Assembly: GCF_006345805.1 (NCBI RefSeq)
Contig: NC_043008.1
Span: 43,152,001 to 43,216,000, forward strand
Origin: Octopus sinensis
Lineage: Eukaryota
Length of the DNA stretch: 64,000 nt
Reading direction: 5' to 3'
In this document: positions 40,594 to 55,953 of the stretch, piece after piece
Layout: each line of letters opens with the position of its first letter
How positions within the stretch are numbered: the stretch's first letter is position 1
Notes under the pieces: generated by a model
Seen by the model: only the letters and a program-made list of their open reading frames with translations
Databases searched by the model: none
What the model was told of the DNA's origin: nothing
Made by a program: the position numbers and the translations under genes

Positions 40594-41520
40594 TGAGAAA
40601 CGGAAAAGTTCGAAGAAGGAAAAGGAATCGCCAACATACATCCGGTATTAACATGTATATGTGTGTGCTTGTGTGTGTGCGTGTATGTGTATGTGTGTCT
40701 ATGTGCAGGCATGTGTGCCAAAGCCAATCAGGGGTCACTAAAACAGTATGTGCTGAATATACCTGAGCGCCAGAATGTGTCTCACACAATCATGGTGCTG
40801 CACCTAGGAAATTCATCTCCAAGCAGCTGGCCTGAGCAGACCTTTGAAGGAGACCAGAATTTATCAAAGCATCTATGCATGCTTCCCCTCTCTATGTTAC
40901 CGATGTTATCCAAGAAAGGCAAAGGCTGTAACAATTTGAAACCAACATACCATAGGCGTTGCTGTCAGAACATAAAAAGGGAACAATTACCAGAGCTATC
41001 TGTTTCCCCTTCAAACAATTTCACCAATACATTGCTTTACATTGTCACTCTATTTATCGATCCTTAAAGAATGAAGGACAAATTTTATCTTAGTTGCATT
41101 TGAACTCAGTCTGCAGAGAACCACAGCAAAAATACTTGTAGGTAATCTATCTGCGACTCTATCGACTTTAAATTGATCGCTGGATTTAACAACAAAAACA
41201 ACAGCAACAATAACAACTACAACACCAATAATAGTAAGAAGAACGACAACATAGAGTTGATATCTGGATATTGATTCACAGGAAATCATTTACATAGCAA
41301 TTACCTGTGTTTATAAACAATGCAGATGTGAAATATATACACATTTTCGGACTGTATTCCTATCATGTTCTGGATGTAAAGTTTGTATGTATGTGTGTGT
41401 TATGTGTGTGTATTTGTGTGTCCATATAAACGTTCATACATACGTATATACGTATATATGTCTATGAACACATATGTACATATATATGTATGCATGTTTG
41501 TATGTATGTATATATATATA

Positions 41521-41557
<37 letters not shown>

Positions 41558-41559
<2 letters not shown>

Positions 41560-42606
41560 CATAAAATATACATGTTTGTGATGCGATTGGTGTGTGTGTG
41601 TAAACGTGTAATTAAAACACTTAATGCCTGTAAGTGGTCAAATCGCACGAACTGACACGTAGAGAGTAGAGAGTGAACGGTTTCTCATTACTGAGAAATT
41701 CGTAACAAAAATTGCTTCAAAATGGCGACAGGCCACACTAGTTTCACACGAGTCGATCCTTTGGTTCTTTAACACTTACTGACCTTGCACAAATCGGCTT
41801 TTAGAGAGAGAAATTTTGTCATTTGACAAAACTACTAAGAACTTCGAAAATGTCATAAAATTTCGGTTATTCAATAGTTACCTTCTGCAATATTCACCAA
41901 CCAAACACGAATCGACACGTAGGAAAGGAAGCTTTTCCTTTCATTCCTTTGCAAATTGACGAAAATACTTTGATATGTGCCAGCAATTGTATCACTTTTA
42001 ATCAATATTTTCGTTGTTATATATTTACTTTTATCTCTTCATAGAAAATATATTCTCCAGAGGTTTACAAAAACATCTGAATTCTATGTTGGCATCGCTA
42101 TTCAAAAGTCAGGCCCAATTCTTGACAAATATTCATCTATGTGGAACCCTTTCATTTCATCTTCAATGCCACGTTTTCTTTTCAACGGAAATTCAGTAAT
42201 AGGTGCAAGTATGACCGGGTGGTTAACGAACTGGCTTAACAGCAAAGTGCTTTTAGGTTCGGTCCCATTGTGAGGAATTTTGGAGAAATGTCTTCAACTG
42301 TAGTTCCGAGTCAACCAATAATTTGTGAGGGAATTTTGGCAGACAGAAACTCCGTGGAAGACTGTCGTATTTTGTTTTTATTTTCTTATTCCTTTGTTTG
42401 TTTCATTCGTTTGACTGCAGCCATGCTGGAGCACCAGCTTTAGGCGAACAAATCAGCCCTAGGTCTTTGTAAGCCTAGTACTAATTCTATCGGTCTCTTT
42501 TTCCGAACCGCTAAATTACAGGGACATAAACACACCAACATCGGTTATCCTGTGATGGTGGGGAAACAAAAACAGACTCACAAGCATATAAATATCTATC
42601 TATCTA

Positions 42607-42679
<73 letters not shown>

Positions 42680-43734
42680 CATAAAATATACATGTTTGTG
42701 ATGCGATTGGTGTGTGTGTAAACGTGTAATTAAAACACTTTAATGCCTGTAAGTGGTCAAATCGCACGAACTGACACGTAGAGAGTGAACGGTTTCTCAT
42801 TACTGAGAAATTCGTAACAAAAATTGCTTCAAAATGGCGACAGGCCCACACTAGTTTCACACGAGTCGATCCTTTGGTTCTTTAACACTTACTGACCTTG
42901 CACAAATCAGCTTTTAGAGAGAGAAATTTTGTCATTTGACAAAACTACTAAGAACTTCGAAAATGTCATAAAATTTCGGTTATTCAATAGTTACCTTCTG
43001 CAATATTCACCAACCAAACACGAATCGACACGTAGGAAAGGAAGCTTTTCCTTTCATTCCTTTGCAAATTGACGAAAATACTTTGATATGTGCCAGCAAT
43101 TGTATCACTTTTAATCAATATTTTCGTTGTTATATATTTACTTTTATCTCTTCATAGAAAATATATTCTCCAGAGAAAATTTACAAAAACATCTGAATTC
43201 TATGATGGCGTCGCTATTCAAAAGTCAGGCCCAATTCTTGACAAATATTCATCTATGTGGAACCCTTTCATTTCATCTTCAATGCCACGTTTTCTTTTCA
43301 ACGGAAATTCAGTAATAGGTGCAAGCATGACCGGGTGGTTAACGAACTGGCTCTACGGCAAAGTTCTTTTAGGTTCGGAGAAATGGAGAAATGTCTTCAA
43401 CTGTAGTTCCGAGTCAACCAATAATTTGTGAGGGAATTTTGGCAGACGGAAACTCCGTGGAAGACTGTCGTATATATAGATTTTTTTTATTCCTTTGTTT
43501 GTTTCATTCGTTTGACTGCAGCCATGCTGGAGCACCAGCTTTAGGCGAACAAATCAGCCCTAGGTCTTTGTAAGCCTAGTACTAATTCTATCGGTCTCTT
43601 TTTCCGAACCGCTAAATTACAGGGACATAAACACACCAACATCGGTTATCCTGTGATGGTGGGGAAACAAAAACAGACTCACAAGCATATAAATATCTAT
43701 CTATCTATCTGTCTGTCTGTCTGTCTGTCTGTCT
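41558..43734. repeat. tandem segmental duplication, 1120-bp period x2, bounded by (TA)n
   Basis: AGCATAAAATATACATGTTTGTGATGCGATTGG at 41558 and 42678; both units end in a SINE B 3' half plus (TCTA/TCTG)n. Confidence 0.95.
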
Positions 43735-43758
43735 ATATATATATATATATTATATATA

Positions 43759-43817
<59 letters not shown>

Positions 43818-43925
43818 CGTAAATATAGTCGAATCAAATAAACTAATATTAAAAATAACAATAACAACGACAAGAGGACGTGCTCGTGGAGTGTTTCAGT
43901 TTGTCGCTCAGTAAAAAGAGAGAGT

Positions 43926-43960
43926 TTTTAACGTTTCGAGCATAGTTCTTCGTCGGAAAA
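43926..43960 (-). ncRNA. minimal hammerhead-like fold, family H2 (CCGACGA core)
   Basis: TTTT-CCGACGA-A-GAAC-TAT-GCTC-GAAAC-GTT-AAAA. Confidence 0.5.
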
Positions 43961-43971
43961 GAATACATACA

Positions 43972-44004
<33 letters not shown>

Positions 44005-44029
44005 GTGTGTGTGTGTGTGTATGTATATT

Positions 44030-44250
44030 TGAGTGTGTGTCTGTGTCTATGTTTCTCTCGTCAACGCTTGACAACCAGTGTTGGCTGGTTTACGTTTCCA
44101 TAACCTAGCGTATTGGCAAAAGACCAAGCTAAAATAAGCAGCAGGTTTAATTGGTAAAATAAGTACTGAGATTAATTTGTTCAACTAAAACCACACAAGG
44201 CAGTGCCCCAGCATGGCCACAGCCTAATAACGGAAACAATATAATGTAAA
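44030..44250 (+). mobile_element. SINE family B 3' half
   Basis: CGCTTGACAACCAGTGTTGG...TAACCTAGCG...GGCAGTGCCCCAGCATGGCCACAG. Confidence 0.75.
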
Positions 44251-45220
44251 AAGACAACGAATACTATATTGATTAATATTATTCGTTCTTAATGCGATAT
44301 TCGAAAGGATCGTTAGATTAAAAGTTAATTAAAACACGTTTATCGGGCTGCAATAGATAATAAAGGTAAGCAATAACGTATAAAGACTCCATGAAATACC
44401 AATATTTACTCCCGTAACATTCTACACAAACACTTCCCGATACATGCTGTAGTTTGCTGTTTCGGGGTCGATATTTTGGAAGACTCCAAACACACTCTAC
44501 ACTATTTCATGTAGGTGTTGGAATGTCTTAATTCGCTACTAGGAGTTTCACTTGCTGAAGAACATCATAATATTCTAGATTATTATTTTGTTTCAAAAGG
44601 ATCATACATGCAAATGGATTGGAGACATAAATGTGCGCATATACCTGAATGATCATTTTGAAACATATTAATCTTCAATATTATTATGCTTTTCAACTGG
44701 TGAAACATTGAGCAGCAGCTGTAATTATCCTGGAAACTGTATTATGTAATATAATTATTCTACTTTGAAGTTAGATCTTTCTATTTGTTTCATATTCATT
44801 TCAATTACAGTTTCTCTGTCCTAGCTTACACACACATACAGACACACACACACACAGACACACACAGACACACACATACACACACACACACACACATATA
44901 TATATATTTATATACATATATACACCCATACATAAATATATACATGCATACATATGTATGTCGTGATGGTAAGTATTGAGGGTGAAGATGGTGGGGCTGG
45001 GTTGTGGCGGTGATAGTAGTGGTAAGAGGAGTGTGGTAGTGGTGGTGTTGTTGGCAATGAGTGTGATAATGGCGGTATCAATGGCGGTGGTTGTGGTATT
45101 GTTGGAAGTAAGGGAGATAATGGTAAAGGTGAAATGTAGATGTGATAGCTTGTTGCTGTTTGTGATGATGATGATGATAAAAAAGACGAGGGTGGTGACG
45201 GTATTGATTTTCCAGGTACA

Positions 45221-45292
<72 letters not shown>

Positions 45293-45296
45293 TCTT

Positions 45297-45502
45297 AGCT
45301 GGAAGAATCGTTAGCACACTGGGGAATATGCTGAGAGACGTTTCATCCATCTTTATGCTCTGAGTTCAAATTCCGCCAAGGTCGACTTTGTTTCCCATAC
45401 ATTCGGGGTTGTTAAAGTTTCATTTGATCACTGGGGTTGATTCAACCGACTTACATCCTCCTGCAAACTTGCTGGCCTTGTGCCAATAATGTGAAACCAT
45501 TA
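45297..45502 (+). mobile_element. SINE family A between two (ATT)n arrays
   Basis: CTGAGTTCAAATTCCGCCAAGGTCGACTTTG; 3' GGCCTTGTGCC then (ATT)n. Confidence 0.8.
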
Positions 45503-45505
45503 TTA

Positions 45506-45578
<73 letters not shown>

Positions 45579-45902
45579 TTCTGGTGTTGTCATGATGGTG
45601 GTACTGTTGATGCGGATTTTATTATTATCTAATCCCAGTTTGGGTCATATCAAGCACATATAGGAGCAAAAGCTCTCCGACCATGACCATTCTGTCTATA
45701 TCTTTAGATATTGAATATTTACGACTACATCAGCCAATATATTCTTTCCTTTTTCTTTTAAGATGACAGAGTGTGATTTTGACGGGTGATGGGGTTTGGC
45801 TTCCCTTTCTAACAGCTCGAGAGACCGCATGCAGACATTCCTTGTTGCCTGTGGTTATTGTGCATAATATGAAAAGGAAGGTACTGCAACAAGAGCAACA
45901 AT

Positions 45903-45935
<33 letters not shown>

Positions 45936-46065
45936 ACTACTACTACTACTACTACTGCTGCTGCGCTGCTGCTGCTGCTGCTGCTGCTGCTACTACTACT
46001 ACTACTACTACTACTACTAGTTACAATATAGTGGTCATATTTGCAGTAGTTGCTGCCGCAGCGGG

Positions 46066-46108
<43 letters not shown>

Positions 46109-46650
46109 GTAGTAGTATAGTAGTAGTAGTAGTAGTATAAGTAGTAGTATTTGTCGTGGTTGTTGTTGCTATTGTTGTTATCTAGTCAACTGTACCATTC
46201 CTAAAACACACAAAACACAAACAACAATAGTAACCTATTTAATTCTTAGTGTGTGTGGGGGGGGGGAGAAAGGGAAGAGAAGAGAGAGAGAAGGCGAGGA
46301 GGGAGATAGCTTTTGTTATTTATGTAATTGAAAATGATAATTAATACTGCTATTATAATTATCAGTTAATTAAACCACAGCACTACTGTTAAGTGTCTGA
46401 GAGACCCAGAAAAAAAGTGGAGAATATTAAATAGATGTCAGTATGTGTATGTGTATGGATATATATATGTGTGTGTACACATACACGCATGCACGCACAT
46501 ACACTATATCTATGTGTACATATAAACATGTGTGTATACATATATGTATGTATACAAACGCATATATACACATGCATAAACGCACATCTACCATCATACA
46601 AACACATAAGCATATATACACATATAGAAAGATAGCAGCAGATATATATA

Positions 46651-46731
<81 letters not shown>

Positions 46732-46766
46732 AAATATAATATATATATATATATATATATATTTTA

Positions 46767-46825
<59 letters not shown>

Positions 46826-47004
46826 ATATATATAAGCAATTAAGGGTTTAGAACGAATTGCCTCGCCACACACCGAATTTAGAATTGCTTAGTATTACTT
46901 AAATTTTCCTCGAATGAGGCTTTTACATGCCGAAATCTACTTGGGTAATTGATAATTATTCCAAATTAATTAATTTCACCCTTTATTGTTACTGATATAT
47001 ATAT

Positions 47005-47099
<95 letters not shown>

Positions 47100-47281
47100 T
47101 AAATATATATATATATTATATATATCTATATATATATCCCAAAGATGGGGCCTTGTATCTTTGTTGGAAACCGGCTCCCTCCTCAGTGGAAGATTTATAA
47201 TAATTAAAAAACAGAAGGGACATACATACATACATGCATAGAGAGCGACAGAGAGACAGAGAGAAAGACAGAAAGACAGTG

Positions 47282-47341
<60 letters not shown>

Positions 47342-47861
47342 TGATAGATAGATAGATATCCAAATTATACTATATGCAGAGAGGGAGAGAGAGAGAGAGA
47401 GAGGGAGAGAGGGAGAGAGAGACTTAGAGATAGTAGGGATATACTGAAGAGAAAGATGGAAAACGAGAGGAAAGGAAGTGTGGAAGAAAGTAAGAGCAAT
47501 GAGTGGTATGAAATTAAAACATAAATACGTGGCTGCAATAAAGTTGTTGTTTTCGGTTCCCCCCTCCATTCATTGGGTTTCTTTCTTTGATCGAATTATC
47601 TTTTCGTTCTTTCATTTACTATTCTCAGCCATTCAGTTCTACACACACACCACACACACTCACACACACATACATCCATACATAAATGCATACACACGTA
47701 TATAATACGTACATACATACATACATACACATACACATATATATATATATATACATATATATGTATATCTGTGCATACATCTACATATATTCATATATAT
47801 ATACATACACACACATACATATATGCATATATACATACGCACAGACACTTATACAGATGCG

Positions 47862-47908
<47 letters not shown>

Positions 47909-48108
47909 ACTCGCATACTTATATATAGATTATAAATACATATTTTCATTCGAAATTCTTATACAAGTATAGAAATATAGACAAAAACCTACATGTAAGC
48001 ATATATATGTGTGTGTGCGTGTGTGTGTGTATGTGTCTGTGTATATACTTACGTATATAAATATGTATATATAGTATCTATATATATACATACATATATA
48101 TACATGTA

Positions 48109-48139
<31 letters not shown>

Positions 48140-48654
48140 ATATATATATATGTGTGTGTATATATATGCATATATATATACATGCACACTATCATACACA
48201 CACGTACCTATATGTATGTATGTATGTAAGTATGTATATATTCCAACATACATGTGTACGGTCGTAAGCATGCATATGTAGACACAAGTGATATGCATCT
48301 ATTCATGAATAGATGCATGCACTCTTATACGAATCTCTATTGACATGAATTGTTACATTAGATATACACAACCATAATTTCATTCATACTCACAAACAGA
48401 CCCATAGATACACACGTGTACTCATATATAAATAAATAATTACATATGGATGAGGCAGGGTTCGCTTACCAAACCTATGCACAAAGAATCCGTAGAAATG
48501 TCCATAAAGATATGCACTCATTTTTAGAAAGTCTGATTTGGGTATGAAATAACAGCTAAATACTCTCATATGAAATCGCATTGTCACAAAGAGTGGGGGG
48601 GGGGGTTTAATGATGTAGATATAAAGAAGAGAGATGTTCTCTATATCAATATAG

Positions 48655-49040
48655 ACGCAGACATAGCTGTGTGGTTAGAATCTTGCTTTCCAACCTCATA
48701 TTTCCAGGTTCGATCCCTGGCTGACCAAAGCCTTCTGAATAGATTTAGGAGAGAGAAACTGAAAGAAGCCTGTCGTATATATATACATACATACACACCC
48801 ACACACGTATATATACATACATACATACATACATACATTCATACTTATGTGTGTGTGAGTTTCTGTATGCGTCTGACTTTGTTCCCACCACCGTTTGATA
48901 AACGGTGTTGGTGTGTTTATGTTCTTGTTTCTTAGAGTTCGGCAAAAGAGGCTGATAGAATTAGTACCAGAATTTTAAAAAAAGCACTAGGCTCGATTCA
49001 TTCGACTGCATGTCCGCAGTCTAATGGACTAAAACAATAA
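48655..49040 (+). mobile_element. SINE family B
   Basis: GCTGTGTGGTTAG ... GGAAACTGAAAGAAGCCTGTCGTATA ... GTTCGGCAAAAGAG. Confidence 0.8.
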
Positions 49041-50271
49041 AAAGTTAACATCTAAAAGACACAAACAAACATACATTTATACATAATATATACATACGTA
49101 AAGACATGCATAGGAATATCCAAAAATGCATCCATATATATATTTATGTCTGAGGCATAGTGTTTTAACAAAACCATTATAAAATGCAATTCGCTGAAAG
49201 GATGGGAGTAATATAGAGGGCATATCCATACTCATTTGTAATATCGAAGGACAGTAGTGGAACGCTGCTTTGCAAACCTCAATAAACAACAGGAAAACCG
49301 ACCAGACATAATGATCAGGGACCGAAAGTAAGAGTACACAGTTATAGAAATCAGTGGCTCAACATTGTTAACACATTATTATTGATAAGTGATACAGGAA
49401 ACAGTTTTGCTGAGAAAATGAGAAATATATAAATACACTATCCTGACTATACTTTGACAGCTATACCAGTGATTACCAGGGGGACTGGACTCTAATTGCA
49501 TAAAATTAGAGAAATCTGGGATTCAGCAGCAAATTGTTAATTCGGACGTTACTGTTAGAAATCAGTGATGCAGTATGTTGAAACATTACTGCAGAGAAGT
49601 GCATATACACACGTGTTGAAATTCAGATGTGTGTATATAAAGTAGAAAGGTTTACACATGTAATGCCCTCCGCGTGTTTTTGCATTCATACCTTTCCGTG
49701 CAAATACATACATGCATACATTCATACTCTACTTATGATGCACAAACATACATGCACGTACATATACATACATAATTCATAGACTGCAAATTAAGTGTAG
49801 ATAGCTTCATATATATATATATATATACATCCGTACCTACACACATAGATATATATACTTACGTACATACATACATACACATATATTGTCTATAAATGGA
49901 ACAGTAAAAATATGCATGACTTTCGTAAGTTTAAAACGTGATATTATTTTTGTTATTTTCATTCTAACGACTGAGTCTTGTGTTTTGCAAAACACCAGCT
50001 CCTTCTTCAGAGAAAACATTTAAATACTTAAAAACAGAACAAAACACGCATGCGTACATATATACGTACATACTTAGATGCCAATACAGATTTATACAAA
50101 CATACTTATATTAAGGGGAACTGTTTTAGCCTCAACCTTCAATTCTAAAGTAAAATGTAAACTAAAAGAGCTAAAAAAGATATATACATAAAACTATATA
50201 TTATATATATATATATTATATATATATATCTACATGCATGTGTATATATATGTATATGTATATGCATTTAC

Positions 50272-50338
<67 letters not shown>

Positions 50339-50653
50339 TATTTATACACACGCTGGTATATACGTGCATAGTGGCACAGATATAAACATAGATTCGTATA
50401 TATTTACATGTTCACACGTGGGAGAATTGGTTTACGATTATTGATTTTAACTTAGAATTTGGTAGAGTTACAGACCCTGGAAAGCGTCGGAGTAGACATG
50501 TATTGCGCTATTTAGTTGCCGCCTGGTATACTCTAAGTTCAAATTTCGCCAGAAGCAATATTACATTTTTTCCCCACATAGGGCAGCAAATTAAATACCG
50601 ACGGCGAGTATAACGTACATTTCTTCCCCATCCAACTATGTATGGATGTATGC

Positions 50654-50708
<55 letters not shown>

Positions 50709-51204
50709 GAGAGAGAGAGAGGGGGGAGAGAGATAGAGAGAGAGAGAGGGCGAGAGATAGAGGGCGAGAGATAGAGGGAGAGAGAGAGGTTTACATGTAT
50801 ATGTATATATATATATGTCTATATATAATACAATTAAAAATATATATTTGCATATATTCAACAAGCTATATGTAGACAGGCCTACGCATATATACCCACA
50901 CTACCATTTGGGCGGTAAAACGCTCACACGCACGCACATGTGCACACACACACACACACACCTCTCTGCACGTGAAAGCACGTGGTTTTCAAAAATTCAT
51001 TGTGTATTTCCTAAGAGAATTTCCTCAAACAAGTTCGTTTCTCTCTCTTCTTCTGGAGCTCAATGTTTCACATTCTCATTGAATGCGTTACGAGACGTTT
51101 ATGCTTCTCTTTTAGCTACAAGCAGCAGAACTGAAAGTGAAAGTAGCCACAATCGGAAATTTGAGCAAATAATTTAATTTACTATTTTCATATATTCATA
51201 TGCT

Positions 51205-51256
<52 letters not shown>

Positions 51257-51410
51257 GCAAAGAGAGAGAGCAAGAGCGAGAAAGAGAGATATGTATTTAT
51301 ATGTGTATATATGTATGTACATATATATATATAAATACATACGTATATATGTATAGATACATATATATATATATATTATATATATTATATATATATATAA
51401 TGTATGTATA

Positions 51411-51448
<38 letters not shown>

Positions 51449-52269
51449 TATATATATATACGTATATATATATATGTATTATATATATATACGTATATAT
51501 ATAGATACATACGTACATACATACATATATATATATATTATATATATATATATATGTATATGAGTGTGTGTGTTTATGTGTGTGTGTGTTTTTAGTTTTC
51601 TGTTCTTATACATGTATACACGCTGATTGTTTAGATACAAGCATAAATGCTTGCATGTCCAGTTACGCACTCATAACACCCCCACGCATATATACCTTGA
51701 CACACATGCACATAGACACATATATTTGTACATACACTTATACACGTTTGCATACTTGCACACACATTTATACATCCACACACGCACACGTACATCTATC
51801 AATATGTACATTCTCACATGCACACATATACAGCATTCACGCGTACACATCACATCACATCCATCCATCCAAAACATAAACAAATACACGCTGCTATATA
51901 TAAACACATACACCTATACACACTTCCATGCATATATACATCATGAACGATTTATGGTTATAAAAATGGGGACGTTTTATGCATAAATAACACAGCAGCG
52001 CTATTGATGAAAATGTGACGCGCAACCAGTGGAAACGTGCGGCACACTGCGCTTCTAGCTCTTTTCATAGACAACTCTATCTACACACACGCACGTGCCC
52101 GCACATATATATATAGCTATTAGATAAACAACGCGTGTTTGATATGGAATAAAAACTCTTTACTTTCAACACCGCTTCATTCGCACCTCTTCCGAAGTCA
52201 TGTAATTCTATTTAATATTTTGAGCACTTGAGAAAATGTTTGGCTCAGTTTTGAACGCCACACAGGCAC

Positions 52270-52362
52270 ATGTTCGTATGTTCGTATGTATGTATGTATG
52301 TATGTATGTATGTATGTATGTATGTATGTATGTATGTATGTATGTATGTATGCTTGTATGCT

Positions 52363-52394
<32 letters not shown>

Positions 52395-52412
52395 TGTATG
52401 TATGTTCGTATG

Positions 52413-52446
<34 letters not shown>

Positions 52447-52462
52447 TGTATGCTTGTATGCT

Positions 52463-52494
<32 letters not shown>

Positions 52495-52550
52495 TGTATG
52501 TATGTATGTATGTATGTATGTACGTATGTATGTATGTATGCTTGTATGCT

Positions 52551-52582
<32 letters not shown>

Positions 52583-52626
52583 TGTATGTATGTATGTATG
52601 TATGTACGTATGTATGTATGTATGCT

Positions 52627-52658
<32 letters not shown>

Positions 52659-52674
52659 TGTATGCTTGTATGCT

Positions 52675-52706
<32 letters not shown>

Positions 52707-52738
52707 TGTATGTATGTATGTATGTATGCTTGTATGCT

Positions 52739-52770
<32 letters not shown>

Positions 52771-52802
52771 TGTATGTATGTATGTATGTATGCTTGTATG
52801 CT

Positions 52803-52834
<32 letters not shown>

Positions 52835-52904
52835 TGTATGTATGTATGTATGTATGTACGTATGTATGTATGTATGCTTGTATGCTTATATGTATGTATG
52901 TATG

Positions 52905-52968
<64 letters not shown>

Positions 52969-52978
52969 TGTATGCATG

Positions 52979-53012
<34 letters not shown>

Positions 53013-53044
53013 TGTATGTATGTATGTATGTATATATGTATGCT

Positions 53045-53076
<32 letters not shown>

Positions 53077-53125
53077 TGTATGTATGTATGTATGTATGTA
53101 TGCATGTATGAATGTATGTATGTAA
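52270..53125. repeat. ~850-bp (TATG)n satellite with recurring CTTGTATGCTTATA variant blocks
   Basis: direct reading. Confidence 0.95.
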
Positions 53126-53840
53126 GTATGTTGGTCGGTAGTTATGTTCTATTACGTTTTTAATTATTTAAATTCTTCTTCTACGGAAGGAGCTGGTTTC
53201 TAACAAAGATACAACGCTCCATCTTTAGAATGAAACAACGCCACATTTTAAACTTCATAAAAATCTTGCAGATTTGTACTGTTCCACTTACAAATCATAT
53301 TTGTAACGTGCGAATCAGTTGGCTGATCTCTTTCTCTGATGCATGCAAATATATCTATGTTTATATACAAGCGTGTATGTATCTATGTATGTCTGTATTT
53401 ATGCATGCACGTATGCTTGTATATATCTAAGCAAGAATGTGTATGCATATATGCAGGGTTGTATGTATGGATGTGTATATGCATATGTTTATGTTTGTAC
53501 CTATGTATACATGTGTGTGTGTACATCTATGTCTGTGCGAATATATGTATATGTGTAAATGCACACACATACACGTGTATGTGACGTGTGAATCTGTTTG
53601 TTATTGTGATTACAATATATAATTGAAGTGATTACAATATATAATTGAACGAGCGTCAACAGGACAATCTCAAGCACAGAATCAGACCCTTTATGGATAT
53701 GATTTTGTAATTTGTCTACTTAACTACACTACAAGGATTGATATTTTCCATGTTTGTTGTTATTTCATACTTAAATACACACATCCTTTCATACATCCTT
53801 TCACACATATATACATTCATGTATACAACTTACAAATATA

Positions 53841-53922
<82 letters not shown>

Positions 53923-54014
53923 TACATATATATACATATATGTTTATATATAATGTATATGCATATATATATATCATATATATAATTATACATACATATA
54001 TATTTATATATATA

Positions 54015-54063
<49 letters not shown>

Positions 54064-55658
54064 TTATATATATATTATATGCACCCACATAATACAATGA
54101 ATTATGTTCTCTTTATCAGCTGTCTACTGGAAACCACAACGAGTTCGCCTGACTTCCGACAGTGTATTCTACCTCCTGACATTACCGACCAGCGATGATG
54201 CTAACAGGGACAGGACTGGGGTTCCTTTTGGGAGGGCCAAACCCTGTATGTAACTGCCACAAGAAATCGTAAGGCTTCGTTTAGGGGCCACACAAGAAAG
54301 TGAATGTTTTGTAGCACTCAGATCACTTGTGGGTCACACACAAGCAGGATAAATGCGTTAAAAACTCGTACAACAATTAGCATATGCATTTGTGTATGTG
54401 TGTGTGTATATACACAAACTCACACACACACACACACACACACACACGCGCACACACAAGCAGTCCCCCCTCTCTCTCACACACACACACTCCCCCTCAC
54501 ACCACATACACACAGAAATATATGAACATGTGACTGCACGAGTTTAAGTACGTACATATAGATATGTACACACAACTTCATCTACATACATACATACAAA
54601 CATACACACACGCATACACATATATAAAAACTTAAGTACACACGCATACTCACAGTCATATATATGTATGTGTAAAACGTGGGGAGAGGGGGGCATGTAA
54701 AATAAGACATTTTATAAAGAATTAAGACTGGTGTATATTTATATATATATATATGTATTCGTATATACTTTACCTGATCAATTGCTTCATGTTTTTTTTT
54801 ATATTATTTCGTTGGACATCTTCTACAATCACTGTAAACTCACGCATGTAAGTATATGAGTGTATATAGTATATGGTATAGGGTATATATAATATATGTG
54901 TATGTGTGTGTGTGTGCGTGTGTGTGTGTATGGAAATATGTGTATATAAAAATATATATATAATATTCCTGTTGCGGCGAAGTTGTGGTGTTCTTCTGAG
55001 ATGAAGCTGTAAGTATAAAGTAACTTAGTTTTTCAGGCAGGCAAGCTGTTGATGTGTGATACGGAAGAGATGCTAAATCCGTGTGTTATGTAGAAGCCGG
55101 CACACGCACACAACCGCTGCCATACAGCATCAACAGACTTCAGTATCTGCAGGAGAGATGATGATGACGACAACGACGACGACGACGGAGCTGTGTGCTC
55201 TACTGGATGGAGATTAATTCATAGCTAGCCTGGTTCCTCTACTCGCTTCATCGAAGCTTTGCTCAATCAGCAACAATGTGACTGTGTATAGTCGCATGTC
55301 TCTACATATGTACCGGTCTCTCTCTCTCTCTCACTCTCGCTCTCTCTCTCTCCCTCTCTCCCTCTCTCTCTCTTTGATTTTCTTTCTATCTTACCCTTAC
55401 TGTACTATGTGTGTGTAGTACTGTGTATATGTATGTAAGCGTGCGTGCGTTCGTTGTGTGTGTGCATATATGCCTTTCTCTGTATATGATGTGTGTGTGT
55501 GGTGTGTGTGTGTGTGTGTGTCTGAATGTTTGGTGCAGCTGCTTATGAATCAGGCAAAAACAGCTATTTTGCATCTCAGCACCTAGATATACACAAACGC
55601 AGGCACGCGCGCACACACACACTATATGCATACATAAATACACACATATATATACGTA

Positions 55659-55752
<94 letters not shown>

Positions 55753-55922
55753 GTATATATATATGTGTGTATTTATGTTTATATAAATATATTTATTTAT
55801 GAATATGTATATATATATGCATACATATACAATATATGTATATGGATATATATATATATATGTATATATAATATATATATATATACACATATATATTATA
55901 TATATATATCAATATATATAAG

Positions 55923-55953
<31 letters not shown>

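Noticed and set aside
41977-42273. duplicated ORF MPAIVSLLINIF... (also 43090-43431)
   Set aside because: No recognisable domain; runs into a SINE B head; present twice only because of the tandem duplication
47165-47200. CTGAGGA plus stem on the minus strand as a hammerhead
   Set aside because: No GAAA/NUH; the sequence belongs to a repeat also seen at ~53185
52236-53163. ORFs of 279-297 aa
   Set aside because: Pure translation of (TATG)n (MYVC repeats); the repeat lacks stop codons
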